NCBI GenBank assembly: GCA_050246815.1
Contig: JBFWVI010000043.1
Span: 1 to 24,785 of the forward strand
Reading direction: 5' to 3'
Source of the DNA: Bdellovibrionales bacterium
Lineage (GTDB): Bacteria; Bdellovibrionota; Bdellovibrionia; Bdellovibrionales; UBA1609
Length of the DNA stretch: 24,785 bases
Shown here: in pieces, positions 7,347 to 15,511 of the stretch
Layout of the letters: each line of letters starts with the position of its first letter
How positions within the stretch are numbered: the stretch's first letter is position 1
Translations under genes and position numbers: made by a program
The notes under the pieces: model-generated
Told to the model about the DNA's origin: nothing
Seen by the model: the letters and a program-made list of their open reading frames with translations, nothing else
The model's database searches: none

Positions 7347-8549
7347 TTAACGTGCGATCGCGGCATCGTTCAGCGGAGCCCCATCCAAGATCCAGTCGCG
7401 AATCACATCGCGAGAGGTCGCGGGTTCGATCAAGCCCGTGGGTGGCATTGGCGAACCGGGATCGTTGATCCGTTGATAGATGAAATTATCCGATAAAGTG
7501 AACGGCGTGACGAGTGTTTTGTCTGAATTTGCGGTCCTGCCCACGACGTTGTTATAGTTGTTGGGCCCCAAATTGTATCCGCCGGGCGGGGTGGGGTTAT
7601 CTGGACTGTGACAACTCACGCAGTTGGTGGCGAAAAAGCCGGCTCCATTGGTCAAAGCCGTGTAAGTGGTCGGTACAAAGTTGATTTCAGAGGCACCCAA
7701 AACACCCACCGCCAATTGAATGCGTAAGGGCTCCGTAATGGGTGAATCAACAGGGCGCGGAAAAAAATTGGCGCCTGGGGCTAGGCGGCGCGAGTTGTTA
7801 TTGGCCACGTTGGGAATGTAGCGATCCACATATAAATACGTGTCACCCGCGATTTTAACACCATTCACATAAACGGCGACGCCATTGATATAAGCCGAAC
7901 TGGCACCGGCATTAATAAAACGCAAATTTTCAATCTGATAAGCCGGCGGGCCGCCGGCGATGGTCACGCCGCGCACGGTGACAACCAGCTGTCCGCCTGC
8001 GTACGAGTTGGCTGCATCGACAAATTCGGTTCCGGTGTTCCAGGTCAGGTTTACGGTTTGGTTCAAGTTCGGGTTCGCATTTTTAGCGATTAACATTTTG
8101 GTTGGCGTAACTGTCGTTGGCACGTCAGGCACATCGCCATTGGCAGTTTGGCAAGCAGCGTATTGAGCTTTGGTGACGTTCCAAGATTGATTGATGCCAG
8201 CAACTGCGGCATTGTGTTGCGTGCCGGTGTAGGGCGGCTTGTGGGTGCTTGTCGCAAATTCAGAAATTTTATCAGCGGTTTTGCGTGAAAAGGCAGAAAA
8301 TGAGAGTGAGGCATTGTTAGAAGCAAAAAAACCGCTGCCCGGACCGACCGCATGGCAGTTGGCACAATTGGATTTTAGGAAGGGGTAAAAGCTTCTTTGA
8401 AAACCATCCACCAACACGCTTTGGCACGCTGAAAGACTCGAGAAATCCCCACTGCCCGAGGTGTGCACCGGGGAACAGTTATTGAAAAGAAGCGCAACTG
8501 CTGCGGCCGCTGTCACTAAGCTGAAAGTGGCCTTTAATTTTAACCCCAT
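7347..8549 (-). CDS. Diheme c-type cytochrome lipoprotein with a C-terminal planctomycete-cytochrome-like domain
   Basis: GGAGG RBS. Signal ending LFNNC (Cys25). CANCH (8366-8352) and CVSCH (7622-7608). C-terminal SPMPP...IRDWILDGA resembles PSCyt1-type domains. Confidence 0.83.
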   Translation of the reverse strand: MGLKLKATFSLVTAAAAVALLFNNCSPVHTSGSGDFSSLSACQSVLVDGFQRSFYPFLKSNCANCHAVGPGSGFFASNNASLSFSAFSRKTADKISEFATSTHKPPYTGTQHNAAVAGINQSWNVTKAQYAACQTANGDVPDVPTTVTPTKMLIAKNANPNLNQTVNLTWNTGTEFVDAANSYAGGQLVVTVRGVTIAGGPPAYQIENLRFINAGASSAYINGVAVYVNGVKIAGDTYLYVDRYIPNVANNNSRRLAPGANFFPRPVDSPITEPLRIQLAVGVLGASEINFVPTTYTALTNGAGFFATNCVSCHSPDNPTPPGGYNLGPNNYNNVVGRTANSDKTLVTPFTLSDNFIYQRINDPGSPMPPTGLIEPATSRDVIRDWILDGAPLNDAAIAR

Positions 8550-8605
8550 GACCCTTGTCCTCCACCCTTTTTATCCCGAAAACGTTCTTCCTATCGAGTG
8601 AACCT

Positions 8606-10180
8606 TTAAGCGATCTTCCTCATGAAGGCCTTTTGTGCGGCTGTGTAAGTTTTTAAGCCCGCCATTGTGCGATCAAATAGAGCTTCTCCGCCGCCACTCA
8701 GCATGCAGTAGTTATAGAATACGGCGGCTCCGCCATCATCCATGTTGGTGGTGAAGTTGCCGTTGCCGTTATCAACGTTGCCGCGGGCATTCAAGCCCCC
8801 GATTTGTGCGGGTAGTGCACTGACTGTCGCAACCGGTGCAGCTGGGCTGTAAGCGATAAAATGGTGCGCACCGTGACAGTTGCCGCTGTTGTCATCGTTG
8901 TTAAAGCTGCTGTTTGGCTGGCCACCGTCGCAAACCACCGCGCCGTTGGTGGTGATCTGAATGAACACTTTACTGTTCAAAAGACGAGCGGACTCAAGCA
9001 TGCGGCCTACACACAAACCGATGTTAAAGGCACCGGTTTCTTGGTCTTGGCGCGAGTTGTTGCCGCCCCCGTGAATGTCATAGCCACCGACGTTGATCGC
9101 GGCACCCGCGGCGTTACCGTTGAGCACGTTGACCACCATGGCCGAAATCGCGTCGTTGTTAAAATTGCCTGTGACAACGCCGTTGGTTTGGGCAAAGTTG
9201 TTCCAGATCGCGGCCATGCCGGCAATGTCGCGAGGATTGATGGCGGCGCCGCCACCTTCTAAGTTTTTAATATTCTGATCGGTTGCGCACTGAGCAAGCT
9301 TAGCCATTTGCGGACCGCCGTTTAGGCCTGTGATACTTGCCGCTTGAGCAGCATTCAGGCTTTGAATCGCTCGCCCCAAGCGAAGTTGTTGGGCCGTGGT
9401 CAACCGAGCCAAAGCGCCCGTGGGCTGAATGGCATTTAACACGCTATTGATATTGTTCACTTGCAACGGGCGCACCGAAGTGGTGATACCAAAAGTTGGC
9501 AAGCCGCTAATTCCTGTGTCAGCCTCGCCACCTTGGCGTAGGTAATTCAGTTTCGCACCCGCACGGCCGGCACGAGAAATCAGGCCCAATATACTTGAGC
9601 GTTGATCGCTATCGCCGTTGTCTCTGACGGGAACAGTGACCAGGGCGGCATTCGACAAGGTTGTCGCCTGCGCACTGGCCAGCAGGCCGCGCAAGAAGCC
9701 TTGGTTGGCGCCGTTGTCGAATAATTCGGCCCGATTGGCGAAAACGTTGTTCACAAATGCTGGTGCCGTGCCCAAGCCTAGACGGGTGTAGCTGTCTAAG
9801 CGATTTCCGTTCGTCATACGAGGTGTGACGGCAGACAAGGGTTGATAACCACCTGACAAGTGCAGGTTAATGAAGGGCGCCGGGCCAACACCAGCCGGTG
9901 GCGGCGTCGGGCATTCTCCCATCACTTGGGCGTAGGCCTCTTCACTCAAAGTACCTAAAATTGTGGCGATCGATGGCCCAAGCATATAGCCAACGGTTGA
10001 ATACACACCCGCCTCTAAGAGGGTGCGGCGAGTGATGGGCTTTCTTTCGTGTGGGTGATTGGCCAGGTGTTTTTGCAGTTGTTGCTTATGCAGTGCCTGA
10101 TCCGCTTCCAGATCTTTCTGGCGCTGTTTTCTCTCAAGAGCCTCTTCAAGTCTCTTCAGTCTGCTAATTTTGTTACCCAT
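8606..10180 (-). CDS. Tat-exported DUF1501-like protein
   Basis: Twin-arginine motif ITRRTLLE, a hydrophobic stretch and AYA cleavage site. FINLHLSGG and GGYDIH resemble the DUF1501 LxGG and GGWDTH motifs. ATG 10180 lies 8 nt after a GAGGGG RBS, so it is preferred over GTG 10189. Confidence 0.7.
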   Translation of the reverse strand: MGNKISRLKRLEEALERKQRQKDLEADQALHKQQLQKHLANHPHERKPITRRTLLEAGVYSTVGYMLGPSIATILGTLSEEAYAQVMGECPTPPPAGVGPAPFINLHLSGGYQPLSAVTPRMTNGNRLDSYTRLGLGTAPAFVNNVFANRAELFDNGANQGFLRGLLASAQATTLSNAALVTVPVRDNGDSDQRSSILGLISRAGRAGAKLNYLRQGGEADTGISGLPTFGITTSVRPLQVNNINSVLNAIQPTGALARLTTAQQLRLGRAIQSLNAAQAASITGLNGGPQMAKLAQCATDQNIKNLEGGGAAINPRDIAGMAAIWNNFAQTNGVVTGNFNNDAISAMVVNVLNGNAAGAAINVGGYDIHGGGNNSRQDQETGAFNIGLCVGRMLESARLLNSKVFIQITTNGAVVCDGGQPNSSFNNDDNSGNCHGAHHFIAYSPAAPVATVSALPAQIGGLNARGNVDNGNGNFTTNMDDGGAAVFYNYCMLSGGGEALFDRTMAGLKTYTAAQKAFMRKIA

Positions 10181-10219
10181 AAAACCCACCCCTCAAAAAT
10201 TTCAAGACCAATTAAAAAA

Positions 10220-10918
10220 CTACTGCTGCACGCCGTTCAAGGCCGAGGCCATGGCCGTGCATAGGAACAAAGCCGCTTCTTGTGTTTTATTGGCATTGTT
10301 CTGGTTGTCCAAAGCCATCGATTCATTCACGGCTGTGGTCAAAATTTGCCGTTCTTCCGCGGATTCATTGCGCTGCCAGATTGAGCGTGCAATGCGGTTG
10401 ATGGCCACACCTAAATTGGCATCATTCACGTTGTTGGCAGGGGCCGCAGCCAAGTTGATGCTGTTGAACAGCACTTTGTTGGCGGCATTGTTCGCGTTGC
10501 TTTCAAATGCGATACGGTCCAGGCACACCTGGCCGGCCAAAGTTGAAAACGCGAGTGCCAGAGGCGAACCCAGAGTTCCGGGTTGACCCGAATCAGAAAA
10601 GTTGCCCGACTGGCGGTTAAACTCATCGCGCGATTGGGTCGTCGGAGTCACCACTTGCAGAGCTGAAAACAGCGTGGCGTAAGTTTGACCCAAGATCGGT
10701 ACTCCCACAGTGGGGATGCCCGATGTTGCCGGTGGAATTTCAATCGTCGAAGGCAAGTCAAAACCTGCGCTAGAGTTGTCCAGGCTGTTGCCTTGCAAGC
10801 CCGTGCTGCAGGCAAAACCAAAAGTGCTCACGACAACAGCCAAGGTCACAATGCTGGCCAGTATTTTTAAGCTACTTAAGCCTTTATTCATCATCTGAAG
10901 TCTCGATTGTGTTTTCAT
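10220..10918 (-). CDS. Hypothetical lipoprotein of the cytochrome operon
   Basis: GAGGG RBS. Hydrophobic segment ending FGFAC. Two further Cys (GQVCLD, LFLCTAM). Helical, Asn/Ala-rich, no CxxCH. Confidence 0.72.
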   Translation of the reverse strand: MKTQSRLQMMNKGLSSLKILASIVTLAVVVSTFGFACSTGLQGNSLDNSSAGFDLPSTIEIPPATSGIPTVGVPILGQTYATLFSALQVVTPTTQSRDEFNRQSGNFSDSGQPGTLGSPLALAFSTLAGQVCLDRIAFESNANNAANKVLFNSINLAAAPANNVNDANLGVAINRIARSIWQRNESAEERQILTTAVNESMALDNQNNANKTQEAALFLCTAMASALNGVQQ

Positions 10919-10950
10919 AGTCTTACCCTCTATTCCTGAAGTGCCTGTTA

Positions 10951-12273
10951 CTACTGACCCGAGCAGGCGGCTGAAGTTGCGACTCTTTCAAAAAGCCAAC
11001 GTAATTTGTAATTGCCCATAGCCGGATTTTCCCAATCGCGCGCCAAAGCTCTTAAAGCTCCACCGGCTGCTTTTTCTGAAGCCGTGGGCGAGCGTCGGCA
11101 AACGTTTTCAAACACGTTTTCTGCAACACAGCGCGAGAATGCTTCTGAGCGGCTGAGCATTGTGCCGTAGGCATTCAGTCCGCGGCCCATAATCGGTGTA
11201 GTGACGGGACGGCCTTGGGCGTCGCGCCAGCCATAAAGTTCATTTAATTCAGGAGTGACGGCGTAGTTGACCCAGTTGTCGTTGGCGACCACTTGACCTT
11301 GGTTGAACTGACCTTCACCCAAACGGTTCAATTTATTAGCCACGCGAGTGGTGCCGTCATAAAGACCCGTGTTTAAATTCACCTGACCGTGTTTGACTTG
11401 GTTGTTGTCAAACTCACTGTAAGCAAAGGCCGAGCGATGTGCGTCCATATTGGAATGGCAGCCTTTGCAAGTCAGCAAGAAGGCCGAAGGATCGCCGCCC
11501 GGAGCGCGGCTGACGTCGCGGCCGACGCGGTCATCAGGCAGAGAGGTGCTCACCACTTCTTCCAAGGTATGGCAGGTTAGACGTTTCACCACTTTTTCAT
11601 AGCAGCGGCGATTGGTGCCGGCGTCGGCACAATCCGACATGAACTGACGTGTCGTCAACAGGCCTGCCGCATCCGGATGATTCACGCTGGCCTGGTTGTC
11701 GTCGACTATGGTTTGTTGGACCGAAACCAGGTTCGGGCGGATGTCCATGACAGGGTTTAAGGCCAAAGCGGCGTCCACGTCGTTATAGTGATTGTTTGAT
11801 CGGGCGATATCGTTGACCGGATTAATGCGTAGATTTGGAATATTTTCGAAGCGATAGACCGAATTGGTGGTCAATAGACCACGTGCATCCAAATCATCTT
11901 TGGTGAAACCGATCACGGTTGCAGTTAAATCATTCATCGGAACGCGGTAAACGCCAGCGCGAGTTGACATTTTCGAGCCCAGCAGGCGAACAGTTTGCGA
12001 ATAAAAGGTCGGCTGGTTCGTGGCGATACGGGCTGCGCCCATTTGATCACCCGCATTGATCAAGGCTTCCATATCCTTAATCACTTGCGAATCGATTGGT
12101 GCTTTTTGACCGGTCAATCTGTTGTAAAGAAAGGCTGCGCGGGTCCGTGAGGCAGATATGACGCCGTTGGCTTCATAAGCAACTTGGGCTGTTGCAGGAG
12201 TTGCAACTCCTAACAACACAACGCTAAGACAAATCTTCATGACTGTGCGTTTTAATTGCTTGTCCTGTCCCAT
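10951..12273 (-). CDS. Exported monoheme c-type cytochrome-like protein (reminiscent of DUF1588/DUF1585-type proteins)
   Basis: GGGGGA RBS. Sec signal ending PATA-Q. AAGLLTTR, GTNRR and TCKGCHSNMD (CxxCH at 11469-11455). C-terminal AFSRCVAENVF...YKLRWLFERVA. Confidence 0.75.
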   Translation of the reverse strand: MGQDKQLKRTVMKICLSVVLLGVATPATAQVAYEANGVISASRTRAAFLYNRLTGQKAPIDSQVIKDMEALINAGDQMGAARIATNQPTFYSQTVRLLGSKMSTRAGVYRVPMNDLTATVIGFTKDDLDARGLLTTNSVYRFENIPNLRINPVNDIARSNNHYNDVDAALALNPVMDIRPNLVSVQQTIVDDNQASVNHPDAAGLLTTRQFMSDCADAGTNRRCYEKVVKRLTCHTLEEVVSTSLPDDRVGRDVSRAPGGDPSAFLLTCKGCHSNMDAHRSAFAYSEFDNNQVKHGQVNLNTGLYDGTTRVANKLNRLGEGQFNQGQVVANDNWVNYAVTPELNELYGWRDAQGRPVTTPIMGRGLNAYGTMLSRSEAFSRCVAENVFENVCRRSPTASEKAAGGALRALARDWENPAMGNYKLRWLFERVATSAACSGQ

Positions 12274-12310
12274 AAATCCCCCCAGTGACCAGATGCTTTA
12301 CAGACCATCG

Positions 12311-12327
12311 TTGCATGACCCATGCCG
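12311..12327 (-). promoter_or_regulatory. sigma54 (RpoN)-type -24/-12 promoter of the cytochrome operon
   Basis: Minus strand CGGCATGGGTCATGCAA fits GG-N10-GC (consensus TGGCACGnnnnTTGCW). It lies 37 nt upstream of ATG 12273. Confidence 0.65.
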
Positions 12328-12477
12328 TCCAGTGACGAAATACGGCCACCTGGTCGCGCACCTTCTAGACAGTGCTCAATCATTGTACTGGGTTTGAACA
12401 GGAAATCGACTTTCGGCCAGTCTTGCGGCTCAAGCTGCGACTGAGTTACATAACTATATGTAAATGGAGTTTATTTT

Positions 12478-12492
12478 GTTTCATTATGAGAC
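12478..12492. promoter_or_regulatory. Palindromic putative upstream activator sequence (GTTTCA-TTA-TGAGAC)
   Basis: Near-perfect inverted repeat about 150 nt upstream of the sigma54 box. A weaker copy, GGCTCA-AGC-TGCGAC, is at 12427-12441. Confidence 0.5.
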
Positions 12493-12603
12493 AGTGCCGT
12501 TTCAAAACGCGGCATTTAAGTTAGACGATTGAGGACAAACTTAGAATTGTTATAAGTTGAACACTGCCGGCATCAATCCGCCATGGTTTGAGGCGCTTTT
12601 GAT

Positions 12604-14946
12604 CTAAACTTTAGCCTTCGTTTTACCTGGCAAAGCAGCGGCGGAAGCTCGTCCTTTTAAGACCTTAGGTCGTTTGATCTCGTCGACGCTCTGATAGGTG
12701 AATTTGAGACTGTTCTGCTCCAATGTGATTAAAACGCGGCCGCCATCGCTTAAACGTCCAAAAAGGATCTCATCAACCATGGGCTTTTTGAGGTATTCAT
12801 CCACGGTGCGTGCGAAAGGGCGTGCTCCATAGGCAGGATCGTAGCCTTTTTCAAAGAGCCATTCGTAAACCGCTGGCTGAACTTCAAGCTGAATGCGCTT
12901 GGCCAGCAGCTGAGCTTCAAGCTCATGTACAAACTTGGCGATCACCTGTAACAAAATGGGGCGATCAAGCGGTCTAAACTCCACCACGCTGTCTAGGCGG
13001 TTCAGGAACTCAGGCCTGAAGCTTCGTTTAATCGCGTCCACCGAGATGGCGGAGCTTCGATCTGGGTTAATGCCCAAGCCCCCCTTGGCGGCTTCGTGTG
13101 CACCTGCATTGCTAGTCATAATTAAAATCACATTTGAAAAATCACTGACCCGGCCGTTGCTGTCGGTCAATTTTCCCGAATCCATCACTTGCAGCAAGAT
13201 GTTGATTAAATCGGGGTGGGCCTTCTCAATTTCATCCATTAAAAGTACGGCGTAAGGGTTTTTGGTGGCCGCGTCGGTTAAAAGACCGCCATCTTCGTAG
13301 CCCACATAGCCGGGGGGCGCACCGACCAGCCGCGAGACCGCATGCTTTTCCATGTATTCCGACATATCAAAACGCAAAAACTTAACCCCTAAGGTCTCGG
13401 CCAATTGTTTGGCCACTTCGGTTTTGCCCACGCCTGTGGGGCCGGCGAACAGATAACTGCCGATGGGTTTGTGTTGGCGGTTCAATCCGGTGCGAGCCAA
13501 TTTAATGGAAGCGCCCAAGCGGTGAATCGCCTCATCTTGACCATAAATCACGGCTTTTAGACGAGGCTCAAGCTCCTTTAAACGGTCGCGATCCGTGTTT
13601 GAAACCGAGCGGGTGGGAACCTGCGCGATACTGGCGATCACACTTTCAACATCCTCAACCCTGGCCGTGATCACTTCGTCGTTTGCGGCACGTAAACGTA
13701 AGGCCGCACCCACTTCGTCGATCACGTCGATAGCTTTGTCGGGCAATTGCCGGCCATGAATATGTTTGGCGGCCAAATCGACAGCGGCCTGAATCACTTC
13801 ATTGGGGTAAGCTACGCCGTGATGTTCTTCGTAGCGGCTTTTCAGGCCACTTAAAATGGCTTTGGCCTGCTCTAAAGTGGGCTCTTGCACGTCGATCTTT
13901 TGAAATCGGCGAGCCAAAGCACGGTCTTTTTCAAAATGATTTTTATACTCTTTGTGCGTGGTCGAGCCGATGCAGCTTAAGGTGCCGTCGGCCAGAGCGG
14001 GTTTAAGCAGATTCGAGGCATCCATGGAGCCGCCTGATGTACTGCCGGCGCCCACCACCGTGTGGATTTCATCGATAAACAAAATCGCACCCGGTTGCGC
14101 TTTCATTTCGCGCAGTACGGCTTTCAGTCTTTCTTCAAAATCACCACGGTATTTGGTGCCTGCGATCAAAGCCCCCATGTCCAGCGAATAAATCACCGAG
14201 TTCAGCAGGCGCTTAGGCACTTGGCCAGCCACGATCCGCGCCGCTAGGCCGTCAGCAATGGCGGTTTTCCCCACGCCGGCCTCACCGATCAAAAGCGGAT
14301 TGTTTTTGGTGCGTCGGGCAAGAACTTGCACGGCTCTTTCCAGCACATCTTCGCGTCCCACCAAGGGATCCACTTTACCGGCACGGGCTTTCTCATTCAG
14401 ATTCACGGAGTACTGGCTTAAGGCCGAGGCGTTGGAGCGGGGGGTATCCCGGGTTTCCTGACTTTCCGAGCCCGTGGTGGTGGATGTGACCGGGGTAATG
14501 CCAAAGCGCGAAACCCCATGCGAGATATAATTGATCACATCATATTGAGAAATGCTCTGTTCCTCCAGAAAAAAGCGGGCATGCGAGTCGGTTTCGTGGA
14601 ACAAGGCCACCAGAAGATGGCCGCTGGTCACGGTTTTTTTGCCGGCGGCTTGCACCTGCACTGCCGCACGCTGCAGCAGGCGATGAAAAGCCAAGGTCAG
14701 CTCGGGTCGCCACTTTGGATCTAAATCATTTTCATTTAATTGAGGGCAGTGCTGTTGCAGATGAGCGCGCAGGCGCTGGATCAAACCATTCACGTCACCG
14801 CCGCACGCCGACACGATGCGGGCCGTCTCGGGGTCATGTTCAACCAAACTCAGTAAAACGTGTTCAAGGCTAACGTACTCATGCCGCTCTTGCAGCGCCA
14901 ACTGCACGGCTTTGTTTAAAGCTTGTTCCAGTTTGGGATCGAGCAT
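12604..14946 (-). CDS. clpA: ATP-dependent Clp protease ATP-binding subunit ClpA
   Basis: Clp N-domain (HEYVSLEHVLLSL). D1 GEAGVGKT, GTKYRGDFE, FIDEIH. D2 GPTGVGKT, GAPPGYVG, MDEIEKAH. No ClpB M-domain. Directly downstream of clpS. Confidence 0.96.
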   Translation of the reverse strand: MLDPKLEQALNKAVQLALQERHEYVSLEHVLLSLVEHDPETARIVSACGGDVNGLIQRLRAHLQQHCPQLNENDLDPKWRPELTLAFHRLLQRAAVQVQAAGKKTVTSGHLLVALFHETDSHARFFLEEQSISQYDVINYISHGVSRFGITPVTSTTTGSESQETRDTPRSNASALSQYSVNLNEKARAGKVDPLVGREDVLERAVQVLARRTKNNPLLIGEAGVGKTAIADGLAARIVAGQVPKRLLNSVIYSLDMGALIAGTKYRGDFEERLKAVLREMKAQPGAILFIDEIHTVVGAGSTSGGSMDASNLLKPALADGTLSCIGSTTHKEYKNHFEKDRALARRFQKIDVQEPTLEQAKAILSGLKSRYEEHHGVAYPNEVIQAAVDLAAKHIHGRQLPDKAIDVIDEVGAALRLRAANDEVITARVEDVESVIASIAQVPTRSVSNTDRDRLKELEPRLKAVIYGQDEAIHRLGASIKLARTGLNRQHKPIGSYLFAGPTGVGKTEVAKQLAETLGVKFLRFDMSEYMEKHAVSRLVGAPPGYVGYEDGGLLTDAATKNPYAVLLMDEIEKAHPDLINILLQVMDSGKLTDSNGRVSDFSNVILIMTSNAGAHEAAKGGLGINPDRSSAISVDAIKRSFRPEFLNRLDSVVEFRPLDRPILLQVIAKFVHELEAQLLAKRIQLEVQPAVYEWLFEKGYDPAYGARPFARTVDEYLKKPMVDEILFGRLSDGGRVLITLEQNSLKFTYQSVDEIKRPKVLKGRASAAALPGKTKAKV

Positions 14947-14949
14947 GTT

Positions 14950-15309
14950 TTAATCCTCTCGCTCTAGTATACACTTCAGCGGATGACGGTGGGTCCGGGA
15001 AAATTCATTGACCTGGTAGACTTTAGTCTCGGCCACTTCAAACGGATAAACCCCAGCTAGACCTGCGCCCTGATGATGAACTTCCAGCATAACCTTGGTC
15101 GCCTCGGGATCGGATTTATGAAAGAAGCGGCGCAAAATCAGGATCACAAAATCCATCGGGGTGTAATCGTCATTCAGCAGAATGACTTTGTAGAGGGCTG
15201 GGCGAGCGGTTTTTGGTCTGGATTCGACCAAAATCTGCCCCTCAGCGTCGTTTTGACCCCCTGTTTCATTGCCATTTTCAGCGGTCATCCGCAAAAAAAA
15301 ATGTCTCAT
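14950..15309 (-). CDS. clpS: ATP-dependent Clp protease adaptor ClpS
   Basis: [36 protein letters not shown]. The start may instead be ATG 15288. Confidence 0.96.
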   Translation of the reverse strand: MRHFFLRMTAENGNETGGQNDAEGQILVESRPKTARPALYKVILLNDDYTPMDFVILILRRFFHKSDPEATKVMLEVHHQGAGLAGVYPFEVAETKVYQVNEFSRTHRHPLKCILERED

Positions 15310-15397
15310 CGTTGTACGCTTCGGCCCTTTTTCACCGCCTCATTAAGAAACTTGGGTTCAAATGTTGCCGAGTCAAGTCGAGATCGTTTAGATGGCC

Positions 15398-15412
15398 GAA
15401 TCATAATGAAAC
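15398..15412. promoter_or_regulatory. Palindromic putative operator in the clpS/pilA divergent region
   Basis: Minus strand GTTTCATTATGATTC shares 12 consecutive nt with the 12478 site (GTTTCATTATGAGAC). Confidence 0.45.
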
Positions 15413-15511
15413 TAAGACCCAAGTTTTCTTGTCATTAATGGAAGCTTAAGACACAATTTGAGGGGTACTGAACAATAGTACATATCTATTAATGAACGTA
15501 GAGGGGTATAT

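Noticed and set aside
5973..8549. Cytochrome and methyltransferase as one gene split by a nonsense mutation
   Set aside because: The cytochrome ends at a natural domain boundary, the methyltransferase has its own RBS, and an exported/cytoplasmic fusion is implausible.
15293..15301. A9/T9 homopolymer at the 5' end of clpS as a phase-variation tract
   Set aside because: The tract is short and lies outside the CDS if ATG 15288 is the true start. There is no other evidence.
15460..15508. GAGGGGTA direct repeat and GTACT-N7-AGTAC palindrome before pilA
   Set aside because: One copy is simply the RBS. The palindrome is short and matches no operator I can name.
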